A stretch of DNA of 64,000 nt from an uncultured Erysipelotrichaceae bacterium (GTDB taxonomy: Bacteria > Bacillota_I > Bacilli_A > RFN20 > CAG-826): contig CADBUI010000010.1 of the NCBI GenBank assembly GCA_902797855.1, positions 39,370 through 103,369 of the forward strand. The letters run 5' to 3'. The notes beneath the pieces are model-generated. The model saw only the letters and a list, made by a program, of their open reading frames with translations, was not told the DNA's origin and ran no database searches. Both the position numbers and the translations under genes were made by a program. Position 1 is the first letter of the stretch. Each line of letters opens with the position of its first letter. Positions 35,379-45,371 of the stretch are shown piece after piece.

Positions 35379-36350
35379 ATGAAATTAAGAAAAATTTTAC
35401 CACTTGTGTTAGTAGCTCCTCTTTTAGCGAGCTGTGGAAGTGGTCTTAAGGTCGAAGAACCTTCTTTTGACGCTTACGCTAACAAAGTGGAACACGCTGC
35501 ATACGTTGAAGCACTTCAAGCAGCGATGAATGAATCAGTCTTTGTCAAAGCTGATAAAATTGGCTCGTTAGAAGCAAAAGTCACGCTTGGAAGGAAGATT
35601 GATTACAAATATGATGGGGTTGAAAATGCACCAAAAATTTATATGGCTTCTTTGGAAGATGATGTTCTTAAGTATGACTCCGTTAATTTAATCCTTCAAT
35701 CAAGCAGGGAAGCATCCAGTGAAAGTGAAATCGCTGGCTTTGGTTCTTCTAATGTTACTAACAGCAAAACAGTCGATAAATACCAAGCTCAAAAAGACAC
35801 TGTTAAGGAAGTTGAATCATCAGTCGCTTACAATCTAGAAGCTGGCACATATTATGTTCAAGCTCCAACTGTTGATTGGGCAAGCGAATTAGACACTATG
35901 GTTAAAGGCCAAATCGTCAGTCAAATCGATTTATTAGAACTTTCAGTGTCAAACTATGACACAATGAGCGATGAAGAAAAAGCAAAATATAGCTTCTATC
36001 AAGATGACAAAGTTTTCACTGTTGTTTATGAAACAAGTTCTGAAAATAAAATGCATGATGCCGGAAGTGAAGAAAAAGAAATTGGCAAATTTGTAGAAAA
36101 GGAAGTTAAGAAATTACAAATTAATCTTTCTAGCAGCAATATGAGATATGTCACTTCAAATGTTTCTACTAATTCTGGCGAAATTACCGCTGATGGTAAA
36201 TTATATTCTGAAGTAGGCGTTCTTAATGTCAAAGCCGGAAACAAAATCGAAGCTAAACAAGAAGAATATAAAGAAACAAAAGTTGAATTTAAAGATGTCA
36301 GCATTGAAAAATTAGACATCACTAAATTCGTCGATGAAAAGGCTGAATAA
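35379..36350 (+). CDS. paralogous lipoprotein C (module 2, gene 1)
   Basis: GGGGG RBS, MKLRKILPLVLVAPLLAS|C, PSFDAYANKVEH, YSFYQDDKVFTVVY. The track start at 35319 is rejected. Confidence 0.85.
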   Translation: MKLRKILPLVLVAPLLASCGSGLKVEEPSFDAYANKVEHAAYVEALQAAMNESVFVKADKIGSLEAKVTLGRKIDYKYDGVENAPKIYMASLEDDVLKYDSVNLILQSSREASSESEIAGFGSSNVTNSKTVDKYQAQKDTVKEVESSVAYNLEAGTYYVQAPTVDWASELDTMVKGQIVSQIDLLELSVSNYDTMSDEEKAKYSFYQDDKVFTVVYETSSENKMHDAGSEEKEIGKFVEKEVKKLQINLSSSNMRYVTSNVSTNSGEITADGKLYSEVGVLNVKAGNKIEAKQEEYKETKVEFKDVSIEKLDITKFVDEKAE

Positions 36351-36368
36351 TTACAAGGAGAAAAGAAA

Positions 36369-37316
36369 ATGAAAACTAAATTATTACCATTACTTCTTGT
36401 CGCACCTCTTATCGCAAGCTGCGGTATGAACCACGATATTGGCCAAGCCAAATTTGAATCATATTCAAATAAAGTTGAATTTGCTGCTTTTAGTGAAGAA
36501 CTTGCGAAGGCAAGAGCAGCATCCTTTGTTGAAGCAGAATCACTCGAATCACTTTCAATTAAATCTTTCCAAGATTCATATGAAGAACATAAGATCAAAA
36601 GAGGCGATAAAGAAATTAGAAATTATTCAGAATTCTTCTCAACTGAAGGTGAAGGTGGATACGATAAGAATAACCACGTCTATTATTCAACCGGAAAATT
36701 AGAAAGTTCCGCTATCAATAATGAAGGCGATAGTGAAACTAGCGAGGTCACTTCTCAAGAATTAGCACAATCCGTTCAAGAAACCAAAATTAACGAAGTT
36801 AATACACTTGTAATGGTTAACGAAAAACAAGGTATATATCGTGCAATGGCCCCAGTTTCAGAAATGGCGAATCTTGAGGTAATGCTAAAAAAGAATGTAT
36901 TTGGTCATTTACCAAACACAATCAGTGCTTGGGAAGATTATAACGAATATGATGATGCTGAAAAAGCAAGATTCAGCTTCTATCAAGATGAAAAAGTCTT
37001 CACAGTTGTTTACGCTGGAGAATTTGATGTCGAAGATTTCGAAGTTGATTTAGACAATAATCCAGCCGCTAAAGCACATATTAAGGCCGAAGAAAAATTC
37101 CAAGTTGTCTGCAAAGATGATGTCTATAGAATTTCTCATCAATATAAATTCGAATACAAAATCGAAGCTCTTAAGGCAACTACAGCCTTTAAGATGCCAT
37201 TATTAAAGGGCGATGTTATGGAAACTTTAAAAGAAGGTGCCGCACAAAACGATGCGACCAAAGGTTATGAACACGCCCAACTTGATTTAGCAAACTTTGT
37301 TGAGGGTATGTATTAA
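36369..37316 (+). CDS. paralogous lipoprotein D (module 2, gene 2)
   Basis: MKTKLLPLLLVAPLIAS|C, AKFESYSNKVEF, FSFYQDEKVFTVVY, AHIKAEEKFQ. Confidence 0.85.
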   Translation: MKTKLLPLLLVAPLIASCGMNHDIGQAKFESYSNKVEFAAFSEELAKARAASFVEAESLESLSIKSFQDSYEEHKIKRGDKEIRNYSEFFSTEGEGGYDKNNHVYYSTGKLESSAINNEGDSETSEVTSQELAQSVQETKINEVNTLVMVNEKQGIYRAMAPVSEMANLEVMLKKNVFGHLPNTISAWEDYNEYDDAEKARFSFYQDEKVFTVVYAGEFDVEDFEVDLDNNPAAKAHIKAEEKFQVVCKDDVYRISHQYKFEYKIEALKATTAFKMPLLKGDVMETLKEGAAQNDATKGYEHAQLDLANFVEGMY

Positions 37317-37335
37317 TCTCTAATAATCTAAAGAG

Positions 37336-37363
37336 GGTATGGCTTATGCCATATCCTTTTTTT
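37336..37363 (+). terminator. terminator 1 after module 2
   Basis: GGTATGGC-TTAT-GCCATA(T)CC followed by TTTTTTT. Confidence 0.7.
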
Positions 37364-37366
37364 ATC

Positions 37367-37388
37367 GACCAACTTTGTTGGTCTTTTT
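37367..37388 (+). terminator. terminator 2 (tandem)
   Basis: GACCAAC-TTT-GTTGGTC followed by TTTTT. Confidence 0.7.
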
Positions 37389-37438
37389 GCTATATACGCT
37401 ATTATTAGTGAACTAAATAAATACGTTGTTTTATTTAA

Positions 37439-37467
37439 TTGAATAAATAATATCAAATATATATAAT
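37439..37467 (+). promoter_or_regulatory. candidate promoter of hisS-aspS
   Basis: TTGAAT (37439-37444), 17-nt spacer, TATAAT (37462-37467). Confidence 0.6.
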
Positions 37468-37495
37468 ATATTCGGTTATTACGGAGATTTTTACT

Positions 37496-38830
37496 ATGGA
37501 AATTAATCCTGTTAAAGGCACACACGATATTTATCTAAAAGAAGCTAATGAATATCAATTAATTGAAAATACTGCTAGAGCAGTAGCAGAACTTTTCTCA
37601 TATAGTGAGATTAGAACACCTATCATTGAACACACTCCACTTTTCCTTAGATCAGTTGGAGAAAGTAGTGATATCGTCTCTAAAGAGATGTATACATTTG
37701 ATGATAAAGGTGGTCGAAGCATCACCCTTCGTCCAGAGATGACAGCGGGGGTTCTTCGTTCAGTTGTATCTAATAAGTTATACGCAACGCCAGATTTACC
37801 ACTTAAGTTATATTATCTTGGTCCTTGCTTTAGATATGAAAGACCTCAAGCTGGTAGATATCGTCAATTCCATCAATTTGGTGTTGAGGTTCTTGGTAAT
37901 CCAAATTATCACCTTGATAGTGAAGTTATTGCCTTAGGTCACCGTATCTTAATTTCCTGTGGTTTAACTAATGTTGAAGTAAAAATCAATTCTCTAGGAG
38001 ATGAAACTTCAAGAAATAACTATCGTGAAGCACTTAAAAAATATTTCGCTGATAAAGTCGATAAGATGTGCGAAGACTGCAAAAGACGTTACGAAGTAAA
38101 TCCTCTCCGTATCTTAGATTGCAAAGTCCCTGAAGATATAGAAATCGTTAAAGGTGCACCTAAGATGAGTGATTTCCTCACTCCTGAAGCAAAAGCTAAC
38201 TTAAATGACATCATTGCTGATTTAAAAAGTATCGGCATCGAAGTTAGTCTAGATGATAATTTAGTCCGCGGACTTGATTATTACACTGGTGTGGTCTTTG
38301 AATATCACGTTAAAGACGAAAACCTCGTTGATGTTGGTGCGATTGGAGGTGGAGGTCACTACGCAAATCTACTTAAAGAACTCGGTGGCCCTGATTTAGA
38401 AGGTGTTGGAATGTCTATCGGAGTAGAAAGACTTCATTATGTTGTTAGTCAGCTTACCACTCCTGAACTAATGCCAAAAGGACCAGATGTATATCTTATG
38501 GGCACAAGCGAATATATCATCGAACAAAATGTCGCTTTTGCCGATATGCTCCGCAGTTCTGGCTTTGCAACCATGATGAATTACGAAGTAAAATCGCTAA
38601 AATCACTCTTTAAGATCGCCAGTAGAAATAACGCTAAGCTAGCGGTTATTATCGGTGAAGATGAATTAACTAAGAATACTCTCACCGTTAAAAATATGCT
38701 TACTGGAGAACAAACTTCTCTTAAAAAAGAGAACTGGGAGAATGTCCTCTCCGATTTACTTAAAGAATATGTTGAGACTTACTATTCCAAAGTCCTAGCA
38801 ATATCTAAAGAAGAAAAAGAAGGTAATTAA
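37496..38830 (+). CDS. hisS: histidine--tRNA ligase
   Basis: 444 aa with class II motifs (FRYERPQAGRYRQF, GGGGHY). Confidence 0.95.
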   Translation: MEINPVKGTHDIYLKEANEYQLIENTARAVAELFSYSEIRTPIIEHTPLFLRSVGESSDIVSKEMYTFDDKGGRSITLRPEMTAGVLRSVVSNKLYATPDLPLKLYYLGPCFRYERPQAGRYRQFHQFGVEVLGNPNYHLDSEVIALGHRILISCGLTNVEVKINSLGDETSRNNYREALKKYFADKVDKMCEDCKRRYEVNPLRILDCKVPEDIEIVKGAPKMSDFLTPEAKANLNDIIADLKSIGIEVSLDDNLVRGLDYYTGVVFEYHVKDENLVDVGAIGGGGHYANLLKELGGPDLEGVGMSIGVERLHYVVSQLTTPELMPKGPDVYLMGTSEYIIEQNVAFADMLRSSGFATMMNYEVKSLKSLFKIASRNNAKLAVIIGEDELTKNTLTVKNMLTGEQTSLKKENWENVLSDLLKEYVETYYSKVLAISKEEKEGN

Positions 38831-38831
38831 A

Positions 38832-40553
38832 ATGGAAAGAAGTTGTTATTGTGGTGAACTATCACTTAAAGACTTATCTAAAGAAGTCACTTTATGTGGA
38901 TGGGTCGCTAAAAGAAGAAATCTTGGTAGTCTACTCTTTATAGATTTAAGAGATAGAACAGGAATCGTTCAAATCACTGTTAGAGAAGATGTTAAAGTTC
39001 CTGATGTTCGTAATGAATACGTCATCTCTGTTAAAGGAAAAGTTAGTAAAAAAGACGTTCCAAACAAAAATCTAAAAACCGGAGATATCGAAGTTCTCGC
39101 AAGCGAGATTAAAGTTCTTAGCAAAGCTAAAACTACTCCTTTAATCATCGCGGATGATACTGATGCTCTTGAAGATGTTCGTTTAAAATATCGTTATTTA
39201 GATTTACGTAGACCACTCTTACAAGAAAATCTTCGTAAACGCGCTCATATAGTTAGATGCGCTCATGAATATTTTGATGCAAATGGATTTATAGAAGTAG
39301 AAACCCCATGCCTAATTCTTTCAACACCTGAAGGTGCTAGAGACTATATCGTACCAAGTAGAATTTCCCATGGTTCATTCTATGCTCTTCCTCAATCTCC
39401 TCAACTATTTAAGCAACTTCTCATGATCGGTGGATTCGATAGATATTATCAAATCGCAAGATGCTTTAGAGATGAGGACTTACGTCAAGATAGACAACCT
39501 GAATTTACTCAAATTGACTTAGAGATGTCCTTCCTTGACCAAGATCAAATCCTCACAATTATGGAAGGATACCTTAAAAAGGTATTTAAAGATGTCATTA
39601 ACGTTGATATTAAAACTCCACTTCGTAGAATGGATTATTCAGTGGCAGTGGATGTCTATGGTAGTGATAAACCAGATACTAGATTTGACTTAAAACTTAT
39701 TGAAGTAAGTGAAATCTTAAAGAAATCCGAATTTAATGGATTTAAAGAAAATGAAACTGTTAAGGCTATCTTGATTCCAGGAAAGGCTAGTGAAACTTCT
39801 CGCAAAGTTATCGATAACTTAACTTTAGAAGCTAAGAAATTTGGTCTAAATGGATTAGGAGTCTTTAAATTTATAAATGGTGAACTAGAAGGTTCGCTAG
39901 TGAAATTCTTATCCGATAGTGTTAAGAAAGAATTTATTAACAAAGTTAATCCAAGTGAAGGAGACCTCATTTTAGTCGGTGCTTCCTCTCATGATAGATG
40001 TTGTTTTGCCATGGGCGCACTACGTAGTAGATACGCTCGTGAACTAGGCTACATCAAAGAAGGTACATACGATTTACTTTGGGTTGTTAACTTCCCATTA
40101 TTTGAGAAGAAAGATGATGGTAGCTATGCTGCTCTTCATCACCCATTCACCCGTCCAACTCCAGAAACTGAACATTATCTATACACTGATCCAAGCAAAG
40201 TCTTATCAGCTGCATACGATATTGTCATTAATGGATATGAAGCTGGTGGTGGATCCCTTCGTATTTATGATGAAGACATGCAGAAGCAAGTCTTTAATAT
40301 CCTTGGATTTACTAACGAAGACATCAAACGCAAATTTGGATATTTCGTCGATGCCTTCCAATACGGCACCCCACCTCATGGTGGTATCGCCTTTGGACTT
40401 GAAAGATTATCTATGATAATTTGTGGAACCGATAACATCCGCGATGTCATCGCTTTCCCAAAAAATCTCAAAGCTGCATGTCCAATGAGTAACGCCCCTC
40501 AAAGAGTCGATGAACAACAATTAATCGACCTTGGAATTAAAATCGACGAATAG
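38832..40553 (+). CDS. aspS: aspartate--tRNA ligase
   Basis: 573 aa with an OB anticodon-binding N-terminus, QSPQLFKQLLM, FRDEDLR and GGIAFGLERL. Confidence 0.96.
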   Translation: MERSCYCGELSLKDLSKEVTLCGWVAKRRNLGSLLFIDLRDRTGIVQITVREDVKVPDVRNEYVISVKGKVSKKDVPNKNLKTGDIEVLASEIKVLSKAKTTPLIIADDTDALEDVRLKYRYLDLRRPLLQENLRKRAHIVRCAHEYFDANGFIEVETPCLILSTPEGARDYIVPSRISHGSFYALPQSPQLFKQLLMIGGFDRYYQIARCFRDEDLRQDRQPEFTQIDLEMSFLDQDQILTIMEGYLKKVFKDVINVDIKTPLRRMDYSVAVDVYGSDKPDTRFDLKLIEVSEILKKSEFNGFKENETVKAILIPGKASETSRKVIDNLTLEAKKFGLNGLGVFKFINGELEGSLVKFLSDSVKKEFINKVNPSEGDLILVGASSHDRCCFAMGALRSRYARELGYIKEGTYDLLWVVNFPLFEKKDDGSYAALHHPFTRPTPETEHYLYTDPSKVLSAAYDIVINGYEAGGGSLRIYDEDMQKQVFNILGFTNEDIKRKFGYFVDAFQYGTPPHGGIAFGLERLSMIICGTDNIRDVIAFPKNLKAACPMSNAPQRVDEQQLIDLGIKIDE

Positions 40554-40571
40554 TTCATAAGGAGAAAAAAC

Positions 40572-42545
40572 ATGGAACAAAAAGAACTCGACAAATTATC
40601 AATCGCCACGATTCGTTCACTTTGTATTGATGAAATCAATAAAGCCAATAGTGGACACCCAGGAATGGCTTTAGGTAGCGCGCCTATTTTATACACATTA
40701 TTCACTCGCCACCTAAATGCAAATCCTCTTGATCCAGAATGGTTTAACCGTGACCGCTTTATTCTTAGTGCAGGTCACGCTTCAGCATTACTTTATTCAA
40801 TGCTTCACTTAAGTGGATATCCTCTTAGCATGGATGATATTAAATCATTCCGTCAACTTGGTAGCCTCACTCCAGGACACCCTGAATATCATCACACCAA
40901 AGGTGTTGATGCAACAAGTGGTCCTCTTGGACAAGGTATTGCCCAAGCTGTTGGTGTTGCTCTTGCTGAAAGAGCTGTCCAAGGACAATATAAAAATGGT
41001 GAAGTCCTTTGTAATCACTATACATATTGCTTATGCGGAGATGGTTGTTTACAAGAAGGCTTATCTCAAGAAGCTATCTCTTTAGCAGGACACCACAAAT
41101 TAAATAAGTTAATTCTTATTTACGATAGCAACAATGTCACCCTTGATGGTGGTCTTGATCTCTCATTTAGTGAAGACGTTAAGAAAAGATTCCTCGCTAG
41201 CGAATGGAATGTTCTTGAAGTTAGTGATGGAAATGATGTTGAAGCTATCTCAAAAGCTATTAAGAAAGCTAAAAAGAGTGTAGAAAAACCAACACTTATT
41301 ATCGTTAAAACCACGATTGGATTTGGAAGTGCTAAAGCAGGTACATCAAAAGTCCATGGTAGCCCACTAGGAGAAGAAGATGGTGAAGCTGCTAAAGCAA
41401 GTTATGGTTTTAAACATGAAAAATTCTTTGTTCCAGAAGAAGTTTACATTAACTTTGAAAATACATTTAAAAAACGTGGCTTAAAGTTGTGGAGAAAATA
41501 CCGCCGCAATGTTAAAGCCTACAAGAAAGAAAACCCAGAAGAATATAAAATCTTCGAGGCTGCTTTAAAAGGAGACGTCGATAAATTTAGCTTTGCTAAA
41601 GAAGTTGAATTTGCTCCTGATTGCACTGATTCATCTCGTGCTGCAAGCGGAAAAGCACTCAATAAACTTCATAAAGAAATCCCATTCCTTATCGGTGGAA
41701 GTGCTGACGTCGCGGGTAGTGTTATGACCAAAATTGATGGAGGAGTGAATTTCTCCAAAGAACACCCAGAAGGCAGAAACATCAATTTCGGTATTCGTGA
41801 ATTCGCAATGGCAAGCGCTCAAAACGGTATGCTTCTCCATGGAGGTCTGAAGACCTACGTTGGTAGCTTCCTTGTTTTCTCTGATTATATGAAGAGTGCA
41901 GTAAGAATGTCTGCTTTATCTAAACTTCCAGCGATTTATTTATTCTCACATGACTCGGTCGCTCTTGGTGAAGATGGTCCAACCCATCAGCCAATCGAAC
42001 ACCTTGCAATGCTTAGAAGCATTCCAGGAGTGAATGTCATTCGTCCATGCGACGCTAGAGAAACTTATGCTGCTTGGCAAATTGCTTTGGAAAGCAAATT
42101 TGTTCCAACTTGCTTAATTCTTTCTAGACAAAATCTTCCTCTCTTAGCATCAAAATATAATGAAGTTAAGAAAGGTGCTTATATCATAAGCAAAGAAGAA
42201 GGTAAACTCGATGCGATTATTATCGCAACCGGTAGTGAAGTTAAACTCGCTATCGATGCTCAAAAAACTCTTAAAGAACATGGTAAACACGTTAGAGTTG
42301 TCTCAATGCCTTCAACCGAACTATTTGATGAACAATCTGAAAGCTATCGTAAGAGCGTTCTAAGTCTACCAAAAGATAAAATCTTCGCTGTTGAAATGCT
42401 TTCAACCTTTGGTTGGTATAAATATGCTGACCATGTTATGGGTATTGATTCATTTGGAGCAAGTGCACCTGCTAAAGATGTCATCGCCAAATTTGACTTT
42501 AATAGTGATAGACTTACCAGACTCGTTTTAGAAAACCTTAAATAA
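40572..42545 (+). CDS. tkt: transketolase
   Basis: 657 aa with SGHPGMALG, GDGCLQEG and the THQPIEHL ThDP motifs. Confidence 0.96.
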   Translation: MEQKELDKLSIATIRSLCIDEINKANSGHPGMALGSAPILYTLFTRHLNANPLDPEWFNRDRFILSAGHASALLYSMLHLSGYPLSMDDIKSFRQLGSLTPGHPEYHHTKGVDATSGPLGQGIAQAVGVALAERAVQGQYKNGEVLCNHYTYCLCGDGCLQEGLSQEAISLAGHHKLNKLILIYDSNNVTLDGGLDLSFSEDVKKRFLASEWNVLEVSDGNDVEAISKAIKKAKKSVEKPTLIIVKTTIGFGSAKAGTSKVHGSPLGEEDGEAAKASYGFKHEKFFVPEEVYINFENTFKKRGLKLWRKYRRNVKAYKKENPEEYKIFEAALKGDVDKFSFAKEVEFAPDCTDSSRAASGKALNKLHKEIPFLIGGSADVAGSVMTKIDGGVNFSKEHPEGRNINFGIREFAMASAQNGMLLHGGLKTYVGSFLVFSDYMKSAVRMSALSKLPAIYLFSHDSVALGEDGPTHQPIEHLAMLRSIPGVNVIRPCDARETYAAWQIALESKFVPTCLILSRQNLPLLASKYNEVKKGAYIISKEEGKLDAIIIATGSEVKLAIDAQKTLKEHGKHVRVVSMPSTELFDEQSESYRKSVLSLPKDKIFAVEMLSTFGWYKYADHVMGIDSFGASAPAKDVIAKFDFNSDRLTRLVLENLK

Positions 42546-42555
42546 GGAGGAAGTT

Positions 42556-42915
42556 ATGGCTGACTACGTAAATATTGAAAACTATTCAAAAAACGGAAAG
42601 CTAGCTATCTCTAGACGTGTCTTTGAAAAGATCGCGACTGACGCAACCAATAATGTCACTGGAGCGAAAGTTAAATCTAGAGAAGTTAAGAATAAAAAAG
42701 GCATTTCCAAAGTCGTCTTCGACCTCTTTAAACCTATTAAGATTGCTTTTAAAAGCAATGGTCAAGTTGATGTCAACATCGATATCACCCTTTCTAAAGG
42801 TAGTAACGCTAATGAAGTATGCTTAAAGATTCAAGAAGAAGTTTCTAACGCATTACTTGCCTACACTGAAAGTGTTCCTTTTAGAATCAACATCAAAGTT
42901 GCCGAGGTTAAATAA
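42556..42915 (+). CDS. Asp23/Gls24 family envelope stress protein
   Basis: 119 aa. Its position upstream of nusB matches yqhY in Bacillus, and it has the Asp23-like pattern (ISRRVFEKIA...V.I.I). Confidence 0.75.
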   Translation: MADYVNIENYSKNGKLAISRRVFEKIATDATNNVTGAKVKSREVKNKKGISKVVFDLFKPIKIAFKSNGQVDVNIDITLSKGSNANEVCLKIQEEVSNALLAYTESVPFRINIKVAEVK

Positions 42916-43529
42916 TGAAAAGAAAGGCTAAAAGAGAAATTGGTTATGTCGCTGCTCATAATAGAGCAGTGAACCTCTATAAAAAGACATCCACATTTCT
43001 TCTTTGGGCTGGTGTTTTAAACGTTTTTAGCGTCATTATCGGAATTATTCAGATGATGGCGAACTCAAATTTGGTCGTTAATGAACAAGCTTATAACTGG
43101 CCAAGAAGTGGATTCGCTCTTTCCTTTAGCCTTCAAATCTTTCTAAATAGCCTATTAATCAACAATCTAGACAAAGTTTTAGCGGATGTCTTAATTATAC
43201 TCATCGCACTATCTTTAGGGGCCTTATTCGCCTTCTTTGGTGTATTTGCCTCCAAAGGTAAATTATTATTTCTTGTCGGTGGAAGTGTAATTTATCTACT
43301 CGACTTTGTCGCAATGTTTTTTGTCTATAACATGTTTATGGTTCCTGAACTTCGAACATGGACAAATTACGCATTCACTTTAGCAAGTCATGTCGTCATC
43401 TTAATTGCGATGACTATTGCTATAGCAATGTATCTAACTGTTATTGAGATAGAAAAGAAATATAAAGGTGAATCTAGCCTTAATGTTAATGAAGAAAATG
43501 AAGTAGAGGAGATCGCTCATGGAGAATAA
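42915..43529 (+). CDS. membrane protein, unknown function
   Basis: 204 aa with about 4 predicted TM helices. ATGA-type overlap with the Asp23 gene. Confidence 0.6.
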   Translation: MKRKAKREIGYVAAHNRAVNLYKKTSTFLLWAGVLNVFSVIIGIIQMMANSNLVVNEQAYNWPRSGFALSFSLQIFLNSLLINNLDKVLADVLIILIALSLGALFAFFGVFASKGKLLFLVGGSVIYLLDFVAMFFVYNMFMVPELRTWTNYAFTLASHVVILIAMTIAIAMYLTVIEIEKKYKGESSLNVNEENEVEEIAHGE

Positions 43530-43932
43530 TCTAAGTAGAAATAAAGAACAAGAATTAATCATGATTAGCATCTATGATGCTCTTATTTACATTACTTCCG
43601 ATATGGAATTCTCATTAGAAAAAATCGTTTCTAGTGTCTATGAATGTTCATATAGTGATGTTCCTCTTTTTTCAAAAGAGGTCATCATTAAATCTCTCTC
43701 TAACTACAACACTATTGTTCCTATCTATCAAGATAAGATGCCTAAATGGAAATTTGATCGCATCAATAATATTTCTAAAGCCATTCTTCTTATGGCATAC
43801 GCTCAAAATAAACTTATCAAAGATAAGACTGATAAATCAGTTGTTATCGATGTTTCAGTTAGACTCGCCAAAAAGTATCTAGAAGATAAAGACTATAAAT
43901 TTATTAACGCTATTTTGGATAATGTATTATGA
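43519..43932 (+). CDS. nusB: transcription antitermination factor NusB
   Basis: 137 aa, an all-helical NusB-like sequence in the conserved position before xseA. Confidence 0.75.
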   Translation: MENNLSRNKEQELIMISIYDALIYITSDMEFSLEKIVSSVYECSYSDVPLFSKEVIIKSLSNYNTIVPIYQDKMPKWKFDRINNISKAILLMAYAQNKLIKDKTDKSVVIDVSVRLAKKYLEDKDYKFINAILDNVL

Positions 43933-45134
43933 ACGAAATCTATTCCGTCAGTAGTTTAAATTCATATATCAAATCTAGATTTGATAATGATTTTGCGCTT
44001 AAAGGAATTAGACTTCGAGGTGAAATATCTAATCTAAAACGTTATCCAAGCGGACATATCTATTTCTCACTTAAAGATGAAACTAGTCAAATTAAAGCTG
44101 TGATGTTTAGTGAATTCACTAGATTTATGCCTAGTTCCATTAAAGATGGAGATGAAGTAGTCGCGTTAGGATATGTTGGTGTATATGTCGCTCGTGGAGA
44201 ATATCAATTCTACGCGCAGGCGATAGAGTTAAGTGGAAAAGGAGCAGAACTCCTTAAGCTTGAAGAACTTAAACAGAAACTCTTCAAAGAAGGATTATTC
44301 GATGAAGCTAGAAAGCGCCCGATTAATCTTTTCCCAAAAACAATTGGGATTATTAGCGCTCCTAATAGTGCTGCTTTAGCAGATATTAAGAAAAATCTTC
44401 TTAGAAGATATCCAATTGTAGAGCTTAAAATATTCCCAAGCTTAGTCCAAGGTGAAGATGCACCTAAAGAGCTACTAAAAGCTCTAAAAGAAGCCGCTAA
44501 AAGCGATATTGATACTCTCATCATCGGTCGTGGTGGTGGAAGTAACGAAGACTTAAGTGCTTTCAATGATGAAACGCTTGTTAGAGAAGCCGCTAAATTC
44601 CCAGTGCCGATTATATCGGCAGTTGGTCATGAAATTGACTTCACTCTCATTGATTATGTCGCCGATAAAAGAGCGTCTACTCCAACAGGAGCCGCCGAAC
44701 TAGCGACGGTTGATAAAAGGGAAATATATCAAAGGCTCGATCAATATAGTGATGAAGTCGATAACCGAATGAATAATATAATTAAAAATTATAAATTCAA
44801 AATTGATTCGTTATCTAGCCGCCCATTATTTAAGTCCCCAGCTAATATTTATAAAGATAAGATTGAAAAACTCGTTAATATAAATAAAAAGCTTGATATG
44901 ATTATGTCTCATCTCATAGAGATGCATAAGAAAAATCTAGCCTCTTATAAAGATGAACTAGAAGCCATCTCACCTAATAATGTTCTTAGTAGAGGATATT
45001 CGATGATGGTGAATGAAAAAGGAAATGTTATCACAAGCCTTAAACAAATCGAAGTTAACCAGATGGTTAAAGTATCACTTAAAGATGGTGTCGTAAACTC
45101 TAAAGTAATAAGTAAGGAGAAAATAAATGGATAG
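43929..45134 (+). CDS. xseA: exodeoxyribonuclease VII large subunit
   Basis: 401 aa with an OB-fold N-terminus (SGHIYFSLKD) and GRGGGS motif. Confidence 0.94.
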   Translation: MNEIYSVSSLNSYIKSRFDNDFALKGIRLRGEISNLKRYPSGHIYFSLKDETSQIKAVMFSEFTRFMPSSIKDGDEVVALGYVGVYVARGEYQFYAQAIELSGKGAELLKLEELKQKLFKEGLFDEARKRPINLFPKTIGIISAPNSAALADIKKNLLRRYPIVELKIFPSLVQGEDAPKELLKALKEAAKSDIDTLIIGRGGGSNEDLSAFNDETLVREAAKFPVPIISAVGHEIDFTLIDYVADKRASTPTGAAELATVDKREIYQRLDQYSDEVDNRMNNIIKNYKFKIDSLSSRPLFKSPANIYKDKIEKLVNINKKLDMIMSHLIEMHKKNLASYKDELEAISPNNVLSRGYSMMVNEKGNVITSLKQIEVNQMVKVSLKDGVVNSKVISKEKING

Positions 45135-45315
45135 TAAACAAATAAATTTCGAAGAATCTCTGAAGAGATTAGATGAAGTGGTAAACCGTATCGAAAACGA
45201 AACTCTTCCACTTGAAGAAACCCTTGCTTTATATGAAGAAGCAAAGAAACTTATCAAGTTACTTGAGGGTGCACTTAAAGATGCAGAGAAAAAAGTAGAG
45301 GAACTACAAAAATAA
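45127..45315 (+). CDS. xseB: exodeoxyribonuclease VII small subunit
   Basis: 62 aa with the FEESLKRLDEVV motif. It overlaps xseA. Confidence 0.9.
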   Translation: MDSKQINFEESLKRLDEVVNRIENETLPLEETLALYEEAKKLIKLLEGALKDAEKKVEELQK

Positions 45316-45371
45316 TTACTTTGTAATTAAAAATAGTTTATAGTATATATTTAGTAGTTTATTAGTAGGTT

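Noticed and set aside
36026-36598. 190-aa minus-strand ORF overlapping lipoprotein genes C and D. Similar long antisense ORFs occur at 2218-2703, 44210-44566, 49230-49574 and 56036-56443.
   Set aside because: These are Ser/Leu-rich translations, typical of the antisense strand of Glu/Lys-rich genes. They have no RBS and lie fully inside well-supported genes on the other strand.
37389-37495. Expected T-box leader upstream of hisS-aspS, as in Bacillus.
   Set aside because: There is no GGTGGTACCGCG-like motif or terminator between the promoter (37439-37467) and the hisS start. The leader is only about 25 nt, so the operon appears to lack T-box control here.
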